A stretch of 64,000 bases of DNA from an uncultured Gammaproteobacteria bacterium. GTDB taxonomy: Bacteria; Patescibacteriota; Microgenomatia; UBA10105; UBA927. The stretch's first letter is position 1, and each line of letters opens with the position of its first letter. The position numbers and the translations under genes are program-made. This document shows positions 21,367 through 30,040 of this stretch, one piece after another. A model generated the notes under the pieces. That model was not told the DNA's origin, searched no databases, and worked only from the letters and a program-made list of their open reading frames with translations. The stretch lies in the NCBI GenBank assembly GCA_964356315.1, contig CAYHHA010000001.1:51299-115298 (forward strand), written 5' to 3'.

Positions 21367-22470
21367 ATGAACATACACATACTTCAAGAAAACTTGCTAA
21401 AAGCCTTGCTTCGAGCAGGGCGCATCGTGCCATCAAAACCCCAACTACCGATTATACAGAACGTTCTCCTGAATACTGAGAGCGGCAGGTTAAAGATCAC
21501 CGCTACAAACCTGGAAACCACAGAAACGGTTTTAGTAGGAGCGAAGATTATAGAAGAGGGCGGGATATGCGTCCCATCAAAGCTACTTAGTGAATACGCA
21601 TCATCTCTTCCACAGGGGACAGTTGAACTGTCTGTTAAGGAGGGATCTCTCCATATACAATGCTCTGGATATAAAGCAACAATTCCCGGAGTTCCCGCAA
21701 GCGAATATCCGCCAATCCCAGAGTCTAGTCAGAAGCAGGCGATCGAACTAGACAAAGAAACACTGGTGAAAAACTTAAACCGCGTGGTCTTTAGTGCAGC
21801 GACCGATGAGGGGCGCCCCGTGCTGACCGGAATACGGATTATAGAGAAGGATTCAGAGATAATATTTGCGGCGACCGATGGATACAGGCTTTCAGTGAAA
21901 AAACAGACCACAGACACATCTCAGGGCCTAGACCTACTTGTTCCCGCGCGAGCGATAACAGAGGTGTTAAAGATAGCGGTGGAAGAGAAAGAAGCAAAAC
22001 AAATACTGGTATCCAAGCAAAAGGATAACCAACTGCTATTTGTTATAGGGGACACAGAGATCCGAACCAGACTAATAGACGGAGACTATCCAAACTATGA
22101 GCGAATTATCCCAACAAAGTACAACACGAGGGTGTATTTTGAGAGGGAAGAGCTCCAGAGAGCAGTAAAATCAGCGAGTATTTTTGCCAGAGACAGCGCG
22201 AACATTATTCGCCTAGACATACAACCACAAGGAATTATGGTGAGTGCAAATACCCCTCAGGTGGGGGAGGACCAAATAGAAGTGGAAGCCAAGGTGGAAG
22301 GAGAGGGTGGGGAGATGGCGTTTAATAGCAGGTTCCTTTCAGATTTCTTGTCGAATGCACAAGAAGAAGAATTGCTTTTTGAGATGACCGGGTCGCTAAA
22401 CCCTGGGGTGTTTAGGTCAGCAAAAGACGAAACCTATCTCCATATAATTATGCCGGTGAGGGTGAGTTAA
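21367..22470 (+). CDS. dnaN: DNA polymerase III beta clamp
   Basis: ATNLE, RPVLTG, AATDGYRLS, RLIDGDYPNY and IIMPVR motifs; follows dnaA. Confidence 0.97.
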   Translation: MNIHILQENLLKALLRAGRIVPSKPQLPIIQNVLLNTESGRLKITATNLETTETVLVGAKIIEEGGICVPSKLLSEYASSLPQGTVELSVKEGSLHIQCSGYKATIPGVPASEYPPIPESSQKQAIELDKETLVKNLNRVVFSAATDEGRPVLTGIRIIEKDSEIIFAATDGYRLSVKKQTTDTSQGLDLLVPARAITEVLKIAVEEKEAKQILVSKQKDNQLLFVIGDTEIRTRLIDGDYPNYERIIPTKYNTRVYFEREELQRAVKSASIFARDSANIIRLDIQPQGIMVSANTPQVGEDQIEVEAKVEGEGGEMAFNSRFLSDFLSNAQEEELLFEMTGSLNPGVFRSAKDETYLHIIMPVRVS

Positions 22471-23444
22471 GGGGAGGCCCAAAGGAAATAAGAGGCTTCT
22501 TGCCTTGCTCCCCTGTTTGTAATTCCTTCCCCAGAGATGAAAAACGCGGGCAAATACAGGCCATTCTTAAGTGTGTAGAAAATTGACACAGACCTTATTG
22601 AAAAAGATTTAAAAGGAGGGTTTGGACCGCTACTCTCTAATCCCCCCGATTTAAGCGCGACAATAGACCCTCTCTGGGATTCTAAATTAAAAAGTAACTG
22701 TTCAGGCGTTAGTATCACCACGGACCCAAGTATAGCTATGGGTATCTTGGGAATAAAGATGGTAGCAGATCGAACGACACCAGAATTATCAGTGACAATA
22801 GAAGCGGAAAAATTATTAATGGAATTTGTGCTAAATGGATAATTGTTATACACAAAAGAAGCAGAGAAACCCGAGAACCTTTTGGGTTTAGGGGAGTCTA
22901 ATACAAGCAGGCCATCAAATTCTCCACCAGTCTCTTCAATATAGATACTGCTGTTCTCAAAAAGAGAAGAAAACAAATCAATAAAGCGCCTAGCTCCTAA
23001 CTCTGGGGACGATATCAACCCACCAGAAGATCGAATCCTCTGATATGTAATAGTTTGACTCTCTTTACTGGATGTTAAAATTAAAGAGAATGTGCTTGGG
23101 GAGCTCCATTTTGTTGTACGAATTGATCCTCTAATTATACTTGAGGGGGTCGCGGAGACACCAAGAGACTGAAGTATTTCTGGAATTGCAGAAACCAGAC
23201 TGTCGCCGTTAACAGATTCCCATGAGTAAGCAGGAAGCGTTTTTGGGAGAGTGGGAGTAGATATAAACGAAAACCTTGTTCCTGGGCTTTGTATAAAATA
23301 ACCAGTTGGAGCAAGAGGGACCAGTGGTTTACTCTCGACAACGGGAATGGCCGGCGTGGCTTCCTTTTTTTGATACGATAAAAAAACCGCAACAGAGATG
23401 GTGATAAACACAAATAATAGTAAAAAAATATGTCGTGTTTGCAT
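22467..23444 (-). CDS. Hypothetical membrane-anchored/secreted protein
   Basis: N-terminal TM after likely start MQTRH; last gene of the T4SS-like operon. Confidence 0.6.
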   Translation of the reverse strand: MQTRHIFLLLFVFITISVAVFLSYQKKEATPAIPVVESKPLVPLAPTGYFIQSPGTRFSFISTPTLPKTLPAYSWESVNGDSLVSAIPEILQSLGVSATPSSIIRGSIRTTKWSSPSTFSLILTSSKESQTITYQRIRSSGGLISSPELGARRFIDLFSSLFENSSIYIEETGGEFDGLLVLDSPKPKRFSGFSASFVYNNYPFSTNSINNFSASIVTDNSGVVRSATIFIPKIPIAILGSVVILTPEQLLFNLESQRGSIVALKSGGLESSGPNPPFKSFSIRSVSIFYTLKNGLYLPAFFISGEGITNRGARQEASYFLWASP

Positions 23445-23448
23445 ATGT

Positions 23449-25740
23449 TTAACCACCCGTCGAAATAGGTTTTCCTGGGCAGTCGCCACAGCTGACATTG
23501 CACCCACCAAGACCTGGTGTTACGGGTAAAAGATTTAATACATTACCTCCAGATAATACCCCGAAATGTAGATGATCTCCAGAGGATGCTCCTGTTTGAT
23601 CCATGATGCCAACCTGAGAAGTTGGTGTGACTTGTATTCCTGGTTTGGCCGGGTCGACGTCTTGGATGTCTATAGCAGAAGAAAGGTGTCCAAAAATTAC
23701 CGTGTATGGGATTCCATCTTTATCGACCCCCGTTACCACCACGTGGTTTCCATATCCCTCGTAACCACTTTTACCACACAAGTTTTTCGGGTTTCCGGTA
23801 TTATCAACACAATCAGAGTGCACACTTGTTACAGTCCCAGTTAGCATAGCATATACAGGAACGCCCCCGCCCCCGGTTGCGATATCAATAGCGTTCTCGT
23901 CTGTTCCCCCACTATGCGAGCCACACGACGCTCTTGGTCCTTGGGTTATATAGCCAGATGTCGGCCAACGGCAATCACCAACACATGGAGTGTATGTGCA
24001 AACAGGATTCGATAATTTTACCGAAGGATCGTTACAATCAATAACACCTCCGCCTGTTTCAGATGACTCGCTACTCCCGCCTGTGCCCACTGAAAAAAAC
24101 TGTGCGGTTCTGGTCTCGTTCAATCTAAACGTTGAGAAAAATATCCAAATGAAAGTGGTTGATACAACCGCTAAAGCCCATATCCTAGCCTGTTTATCAG
24201 CTGGGCTTTCTGTATACGTGGCCCCGAGCATGTTTTGGACAATGCCTGTCACCGCCCCGCTCGCCGCCCGTATAGACACAATGCCCCCGTTTAAAAAACC
24301 AGAAAACGCAGACGCCCCAAACTTTTTAATTGTTCCAGAAAACGCAGATGCTGCCAGTATTGTCCACCCTACCACTGGCGCAAACCCCATTAGCTTTGAG
24401 CCCGCATTTATACCTAGTTTGAGTAGAGCTTCAGTTCCGACCCTTTTTGCCCCCGCACCCAAAACTCCCCGCTCTACCCCTCCCTTTCCTATGTTAAGCG
24501 CCCACGTGGATATGCCCGGATCAAAAGTAAAGTGGAATTCCTCGGGGCGTCTCCCAAACGCCACAGACTTAAACATTCCCTGTGCGCTTGGGGCTTGATT
24601 ACCTGTGATTGCTCCAATAAGATAATTTTGCCCCTCATGCATGATTCTTTCTCGATAATCTGAGGTTTCATCAATACTACTAGCCCAAGCTTTAACCTTT
24701 CCGCCATCTCTTTTTGTCGCTTCATTTTCTGCTTCTTTAAGAATATGGAGCACTTCGCTTTCTGATGCTACCCCTCCTGATTTTTCAACTATCTTTTGCG
24801 CGAGTTTGTCTTTATCCTTGGTAGCTGCAATGATTCTCGCTGAATATGCGTGGGAAATCACACCTTCTTTATTTGATCCTTGGTTGTATTCTGGATACGC
24901 TTGTTTTGCAGGAATGTTTTTAGTATCAGCAGGGGGTTTTCCTGCTATATATTGAATTCTTGACGCGGTAAGAGGATCACCAAAGTTTGATGGTCCAGAA
25001 AATGAGGCATCGATAAATGTGGTAACAAGCTCTGGGGGAGAGTCTGGATGCTCCAAGTACGCTTTTGTAGCTGCTCGTGTCTTTTGTTCTATGTCCCAAG
25101 CATTTTTCTGGAATTCTTTATCTTCAATAATTTTATACGCAAGCTCTCGAGCTTCTTCATTAAGGGCAGTTGATGCTTCTAGTCGCTGTCTGTATGCGTC
25201 ATAAACACCATCTAAGGTCTTGGATTTGGGTGATTTATTCAGTTCTTCAATAATAATCTCGTCCTGTGAACCTAGGGCTGATTGTCGCTGTTTCTTTATA
25301 AGCTCCTTACGATAGCCTTCCATATAAACGGATATATTATCCGTTTGTTTTTTAACCGCCTCTTGTCGTTTCTTTAAAAGAGATGATCGAAACTCTTCAG
25401 GCTGCATCGAAAACGAATTCGCTTCTGGTTTTCTGTCACTCAAAATCTTTATTGCGCTGGTTTGTTCATCCTCCGTGTGGGGGCTTGTTGGAGATTCTTT
25501 GCTTAAAAATGCGTACGGATTTTCAGCGATTTGAAGGGCAACCTCAATAGCTTTCTCTAAGTTGTCAGGGTCAAGTAGCGTGTCTGCAAGATCTATATTC
25601 TGGATAAAAAAAGCCTTTCCTTCTGTATAATGAAATAGGTTTGTTGCAAACCCAGAGGGGGAAATCTCCCCTTTGTTTAACCCCTCAACTGCGCCTGATA
25701 AGTATTGGCTGAGTGGTAATTCGTTATCAATAGTGCTCAT
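23449..25740 (-). CDS. Membrane protein with C-terminal M23 peptidase domain
   Basis: WPTSGYITQ, H...AIDIA, YGNHV, FGHL and TGASSGDHLHF motifs; preceded by Gly-rich hydrophobic segments and a long helical N-terminus. Confidence 0.8.
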   Translation of the reverse strand: MSTIDNELPLSQYLSGAVEGLNKGEISPSGFATNLFHYTEGKAFFIQNIDLADTLLDPDNLEKAIEVALQIAENPYAFLSKESPTSPHTEDEQTSAIKILSDRKPEANSFSMQPEEFRSSLLKKRQEAVKKQTDNISVYMEGYRKELIKKQRQSALGSQDEIIIEELNKSPKSKTLDGVYDAYRQRLEASTALNEEARELAYKIIEDKEFQKNAWDIEQKTRAATKAYLEHPDSPPELVTTFIDASFSGPSNFGDPLTASRIQYIAGKPPADTKNIPAKQAYPEYNQGSNKEGVISHAYSARIIAATKDKDKLAQKIVEKSGGVASESEVLHILKEAENEATKRDGGKVKAWASSIDETSDYRERIMHEGQNYLIGAITGNQAPSAQGMFKSVAFGRRPEEFHFTFDPGISTWALNIGKGGVERGVLGAGAKRVGTEALLKLGINAGSKLMGFAPVVGWTILAASAFSGTIKKFGASAFSGFLNGGIVSIRAASGAVTGIVQNMLGATYTESPADKQARIWALAVVSTTFIWIFFSTFRLNETRTAQFFSVGTGGSSESSETGGGVIDCNDPSVKLSNPVCTYTPCVGDCRWPTSGYITQGPRASCGSHSGGTDENAIDIATGGGGVPVYAMLTGTVTSVHSDCVDNTGNPKNLCGKSGYEGYGNHVVVTGVDKDGIPYTVIFGHLSSAIDIQDVDPAKPGIQVTPTSQVGIMDQTGASSGDHLHFGVLSGGNVLNLLPVTPGLGGCNVSCGDCPGKPISTGG

Positions 25741-25744
25741 GATG

Positions 25745-27679
25745 TTATGGTGTGGTCTTTGTGTCTACGACAGTTTCTGTTGTAAATATTGGTCTGTTTG
25801 ACGGCTTAGGCTGTTGGGAGGGCGTCCCTGATTGTAGTACGGTCGTGCTGTTTTGAACAGGTTGGGGTTGAATCAGTTGCGAGGAGGCTAATTTTTGCGC
25901 CTCTAACTCTTGAGGTTTTGTGGTGATAAGAGCAGTTTCTTGTGGTGATGCTATTACTCTGATGGCGGCATGAGCGGGTCCCGCAAAAAATAACCCCTCT
26001 CCAACCCCTGCGGTCAAAAGGAAATGCCGCTCTCCTTCAGAGAGGAAAAACACCTCAGCTATCCTATCTATGGCCGCGGTTGACTGTTTTAGCAGTATTT
26101 GAAGCGAACTGTTTTGGATAATAGTTTTTCCAAGATCCACAGACATAAAATCTTCCACATCCTGCGTGATGGTGGTAAGACCAAGGTAGTATTTGCGCGC
26201 CCGCTTGGCTATAGAGTTTAAAAATGCCGCAGAATCAGGATACTTCATCATGTACCACGCTTCGTCAACGATGAGAATTCTCTTTTTTTTGCTTTGTCTC
26301 ACTTTTGTCCAGATAAAATCAAGGATCAAGTACATGGCGATCGGCCGGAGCTCGTCTTCAAGGTCCCGTATCGAAAACACCGTGAGTTGATTTCTGATTT
26401 CGAAATTTGTCTGATGGTCAAAGATGCCCACCAAGCTTCCTTTGACAAACTTCTCTATGCGATCGGAAAGCCCGCGAGCGACCACATCCTCCATGCCCAC
26501 AAGCGTTTTATATAAATCTTCCATAAGCGGAGGTTCTTTTGATTGAGTTTCTGGATCTGGGGTAATCCCCTTCATTTTATAGGTAAGGATAAGCGCTCGG
26601 TCCAGAAGCGCATCTTCCATAGGGGTTAGCTTTCCCATGACAACACGGAAAAACCCATGAAGAGATAATATTTTTTGGTTTAACTCGCTTTCTTCTTGTG
26701 TAGAGCCCTTTTGATGGAGGAGCGCTAGATCAAATGGATTGACCTTGGTGGTTGCGCCAAAGTGAAAGCGGATATATTCACCACCCAGTGCATGAGTAAG
26801 TGTTTCGTATTCATTTTCAGGATCAATGACGATGACTTCGGTGTCAAACATAAGACTCCGGAGGATCTCAAGCTTTACGAGAAACGACTTTCCCGCCCCG
26901 GATTTTCCAAACACCACCGTGTTGGCATTTTCCAGCGTAAACCGGTCAAAAATAACCAAGCTATCATTGTGTTGATTGATGCCATACAGGATTCCCTCAT
27001 TTGCCGTCAGCTCAGATGTGGTAAATGGGAACGTGGTGGCAAGCGATGTCGTGTCCATGTTGCGGGTAATAACCAACCTATCTTGACCCATCGGAAGCGT
27101 GGTCTTAAACCCTTCTTCCATTTGGAGTGTTGCGCGTTTTGTAACGATAAGGAGTGAAGAAAGAGTCGCCTCCACTTGTTTGCTTGCTTTGTTGAGGTCT
27201 TCAATGTCTTTCGCGGGTATGGTGACATAGAGTCCAAATTGGAAAAATCGCTGGGCGCCCTTTGCAAGTTCTTGTTGCAGGGAGAGCGCGTCTTCCAAGG
27301 CAACCTGAATAGACGGCTCTATGACACGACCCCGTTTCATATCTGACTGAATAGTCGCTTCCATCTCTCCAACTTTTCTCTTTAGGCTTTCGAGCACCTC
27401 TTCGCTTCTCGTGGGGTAAATATACATAGAAATATCCAGCGTGTGATTAAAGGAGATCAGTGGCTCTAGCCAGTTCGCACTGACGAAGCGCGGGTATCCA
27501 GAGATAAATAGCGTGCGGTAGTAAAAATTGCCAATTTTTAACAGGTCAAAATCCACCTCTATAGAGGGCGGGGCGATGAGATCATTTATGCTTATGGGAC
27601 CCGTTATTCTTAGAGGCGCTTCTAGCGCTTGTTGTGGCTTGGGGTTGATAAATTGTTGTAAGGACGATGTAAGTGTCAT
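25745..27679 (-). CDS. VirB4/ConE-like type IV secretion ATPase
   Basis: GKSGAGKS Walker A, VIDPENEY, INPFD-like motif, IVDEAW and KRARKY...ITQDV. Confidence 0.9.
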   Translation of the reverse strand: MTLTSSLQQFINPKPQQALEAPLRITGPISINDLIAPPSIEVDFDLLKIGNFYYRTLFISGYPRFVSANWLEPLISFNHTLDISMYIYPTRSEEVLESLKRKVGEMEATIQSDMKRGRVIEPSIQVALEDALSLQQELAKGAQRFFQFGLYVTIPAKDIEDLNKASKQVEATLSSLLIVTKRATLQMEEGFKTTLPMGQDRLVITRNMDTTSLATTFPFTTSELTANEGILYGINQHNDSLVIFDRFTLENANTVVFGKSGAGKSFLVKLEILRSLMFDTEVIVIDPENEYETLTHALGGEYIRFHFGATTKVNPFDLALLHQKGSTQEESELNQKILSLHGFFRVVMGKLTPMEDALLDRALILTYKMKGITPDPETQSKEPPLMEDLYKTLVGMEDVVARGLSDRIEKFVKGSLVGIFDHQTNFEIRNQLTVFSIRDLEDELRPIAMYLILDFIWTKVRQSKKKRILIVDEAWYMMKYPDSAAFLNSIAKRARKYYLGLTTITQDVEDFMSVDLGKTIIQNSSLQILLKQSTAAIDRIAEVFFLSEGERHFLLTAGVGEGLFFAGPAHAAIRVIASPQETALITTKPQELEAQKLASSQLIQPQPVQNSTTVLQSGTPSQQPKPSNRPIFTTETVVDTKTTP

Positions 27680-28341
27680 GTTCTCGTATTTGTTAGTGCG
27701 TTTTTTATAGTCTCATCATCTGGCATCGGGACACCCGCGTTATAGGTGATAAATAACAATCTCACAAGCTGTTCATTGGTGAGTTGTCTGGCATTAAGCC
27801 CAAGTCTTATGAGCAGTCGAAGTACGTGGTCCCGTTTTGGATTGAGCGCTGCGAGTGCCTTTTCAAAAATATACTCTTTTTTAAATGGAAGCCCCCGTTT
27901 TTTGCTACCAAAAAACATGCCCATAGATGCGCCAAGTTCTAGGCTGGAAAAGGGGATGATAATATAGAATTTTTTATCGAGCACATCTTTCTCTTTGACC
28001 GTCGCTGCAACAAAAATTCTATAGTCATGTATGCTTTTTGATAATTTTGGATTTGTCTGCTTTCTTTCCTGATCTTCCAGTAGCCGGAGATATGCGGTGA
28101 CGTCTTTGTGTTGTGTTCTGATAAGAAGTTCGATAGGAAACGAAAGAGAATTGAGTAGGCCTGCGTACGCCGTGATGATAGAATCTTGCTCTTTCTCAGA
28201 AAGCAGTCCAAAGTTTACTGCAGAGGCAGTAATAACAAGGGAGCATGACCCATCTGTATAGAGAATGATGTTTTGTTCTATGGTCTCTATTTCTGTAAAT
28301 ATCTGAGTTGTCGATTTAATTGGTATTATTGTTTCCGCCAT
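27676..28341 (-). CDS. Conserved T4SS-cluster protein (VNFGLLSEKEQ motif; VirB4-associated)
   Basis: Lies between PrgI-like and VirB4-like genes; real start MAETI at 28341 with AAGGA SD; the longer ORF-track start runs through a heptamer array. Confidence 0.7.
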   Translation of the reverse strand: MAETIIPIKSTTQIFTEIETIEQNIILYTDGSCSLVITASAVNFGLLSEKEQDSIITAYAGLLNSLSFPIELLIRTQHKDVTAYLRLLEDQERKQTNPKLSKSIHDYRIFVAATVKEKDVLDKKFYIIIPFSSLELGASMGMFFGSKKRGLPFKKEYIFEKALAALNPKRDHVLRLLIRLGLNARQLTNEQLVRLLFITYNAGVPMPDDETIKNALTNTRT

Positions 28342-28357
28342 ATTCCCATCCTTTTCT

Positions 28358-28406
28358 ATGAACCATGAACCATGAACCATGAACCATGAACCATGAACCA
28401 TGAACC
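28358..28406. repeat. Heptamer tandem array (ATGAACC)x7
   Basis: Seven perfect copies between the PrgI-like stop (28412) and the next gene's RBS. Confidence 0.95.
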
Positions 28407-28411
28407 CCGCG

Positions 28412-29872
28412 CTATGTTCTGTTTCCAAACAACTCTTTTGTCAGCTGGTCTCTCGTGATTTGCTTTTGACTTTTTGTGATAATTTCTAGAGCTGGGACAA
28501 TTGATCCGTTTAGGGTCACCTGAACTCTGTCAAATGTGTAGCGTTGCCTCGGGTCTTCTATCTCAACAAAATACACACCGTTTGAAAGTGGGGTGGAAGC
28601 GGCAAATTGTCCAAGCCGATTTGTTTTGAGCGCTCGTACAGGTATACCTTCTTTGTCTTTCACTGTTACGAGAACGCCTGGTAGAAAATTATTATCGCTA
28701 TCTTTGGTGATTCCGGTGACGACGTTTGGAAATGTGGTAAGCCTTGGGAGCCCTGCTGTTACCGCTCCCTCCGGTGTGATAATTTTTACCGTTGGTTGTT
28801 TTTGTGACTGAAGCGGGATGGTTGGTTTTGGGACTTCAGGTTTCGCAATCGGTGGGAGTGGTGGGATTGGCGCCTGTGTGGTTATCTGCTGTATTGGCGC
28901 AGCCGCCTGTCTTGTGGATGTGGCTTGAATCTGCTGTTGTAATTTCGCCATCTCTCGTCCCATTTGGTCTTTTTGCTCTAACACTTCTGTGAGTTGTTTT
29001 TGTAGTTCCAGTATCCGAGATTCGGCAATAGATTTATTTTCTAGTTCGTGGGTGAGAGTAGAGAGTTTTTCTTCGAGTATTTCTTCCCTTTTTACTACCT
29101 CCTGAATCTTTTGTCTTTCTGGGTCGGGAGGTTTGACGACGGGTGGCATAGAGAGATCCAGCCTGGTTCCGACAATCGATGGGGTCTTGACGACCGGCGC
29201 CTGACTGGGTGTTGCGGGAGCAATGCGTGGTGCGATGGTTGGTTGCGGGCCTTTTATCGCAAAGAGCGAAAAAAACCAATCAAATAAACCAAGTTTCTTG
29301 GCCGGTGCGGGCTGCGAGAAACCGCGTTGGATTGGTTGTGTTTGGGGTAGAGTGGTTTGTTGGCGCGGGGCGTACATATTTGTTATGACGCTTGTCGTTG
29401 TTTTTTGCGGGGCGGATTGTGGCGCCACGCTTGTTCTGCTTTGTTGTGTTGGTTGGGCTTGTTGAGTCACCAAAGTTGGTATTTTTTGTGCGACCGGGAT
29501 AGTCTGATGTGTTGGGGCGAGGTATTGGCTTGCTCTCGCCTCGGTGAATACTGGGTTTTGAAGAGGCGGAGCTGCCTTTTTTTCTACTGATTTTTCCCAC
29601 ACATAGAGCGTGGGATTGTAAATGTTTTTTATAAAGGATAATGCCCACACGTCCATTGGTCTGTCCTCTATTGGAACAAAAGCAAATCCGACTCCACCCA
29701 AGGCAAATATGGTGGTAAGTGGCCACGTGAAGAAAAACGGCAACGGAAGCTTATACGATATATATGCGAGGATTAATCCACCCGCGAGGTATCCAAACTG
29801 CTTTATGGTCATGTCGCCTATAAGGCGGAACTGAAATGTTGTAACATTTTGCGGGACAGGATGTTGCTCCAT
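28412..29872 (-). CDS. PrgI-family (VirB3-like) protein with Pro/Gln-rich linker, coiled coil and C-terminal carboxypeptidase-regulatory-like domain
   Basis: QHPVPQNVTTFQFRLIGDMTIKQF N-terminus, two TMs, and C-terminal GITKD...LPGVLVTV...TNRLGQF. Confidence 0.75.
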   Translation of the reverse strand: MEQHPVPQNVTTFQFRLIGDMTIKQFGYLAGGLILAYISYKLPLPFFFTWPLTTIFALGGVGFAFVPIEDRPMDVWALSFIKNIYNPTLYVWEKSVEKKAAPPLQNPVFTEARASQYLAPTHQTIPVAQKIPTLVTQQAQPTQQSRTSVAPQSAPQKTTTSVITNMYAPRQQTTLPQTQPIQRGFSQPAPAKKLGLFDWFFSLFAIKGPQPTIAPRIAPATPSQAPVVKTPSIVGTRLDLSMPPVVKPPDPERQKIQEVVKREEILEEKLSTLTHELENKSIAESRILELQKQLTEVLEQKDQMGREMAKLQQQIQATSTRQAAAPIQQITTQAPIPPLPPIAKPEVPKPTIPLQSQKQPTVKIITPEGAVTAGLPRLTTFPNVVTGITKDSDNNFLPGVLVTVKDKEGIPVRALKTNRLGQFAASTPLSNGVYFVEIEDPRQRYTFDRVQVTLNGSIVPALEIITKSQKQITRDQLTKELFGNRT

Positions 29873-30040
29873 ACTCTGATTATTCTACGGGCGAAACAAC
29901 TGTTTCGCAATAGCACAAAGCTCATCAGGACCGTGAAAACCTCCTATTTGAGTTTTCACGAAATATTCATGTGGAAAAAACTATTTCTAATCGTTCGTGG
30001 TGTCCCGTGTTGGTCTTGGATTTTATGATAAGATGAACGC

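Noticed and set aside
23572-24598. Plus-strand ORFs up to 202 aa, and similar nested ORFs throughout the window
   Set aside because: Shadow frames opposite or inside well-supported genes
28780-29600. Low-complexity Pro/Gln/Thr-rich stretch
   Set aside because: Protein-level linker of the PrgI-like gene; no regular DNA repeat unit seen
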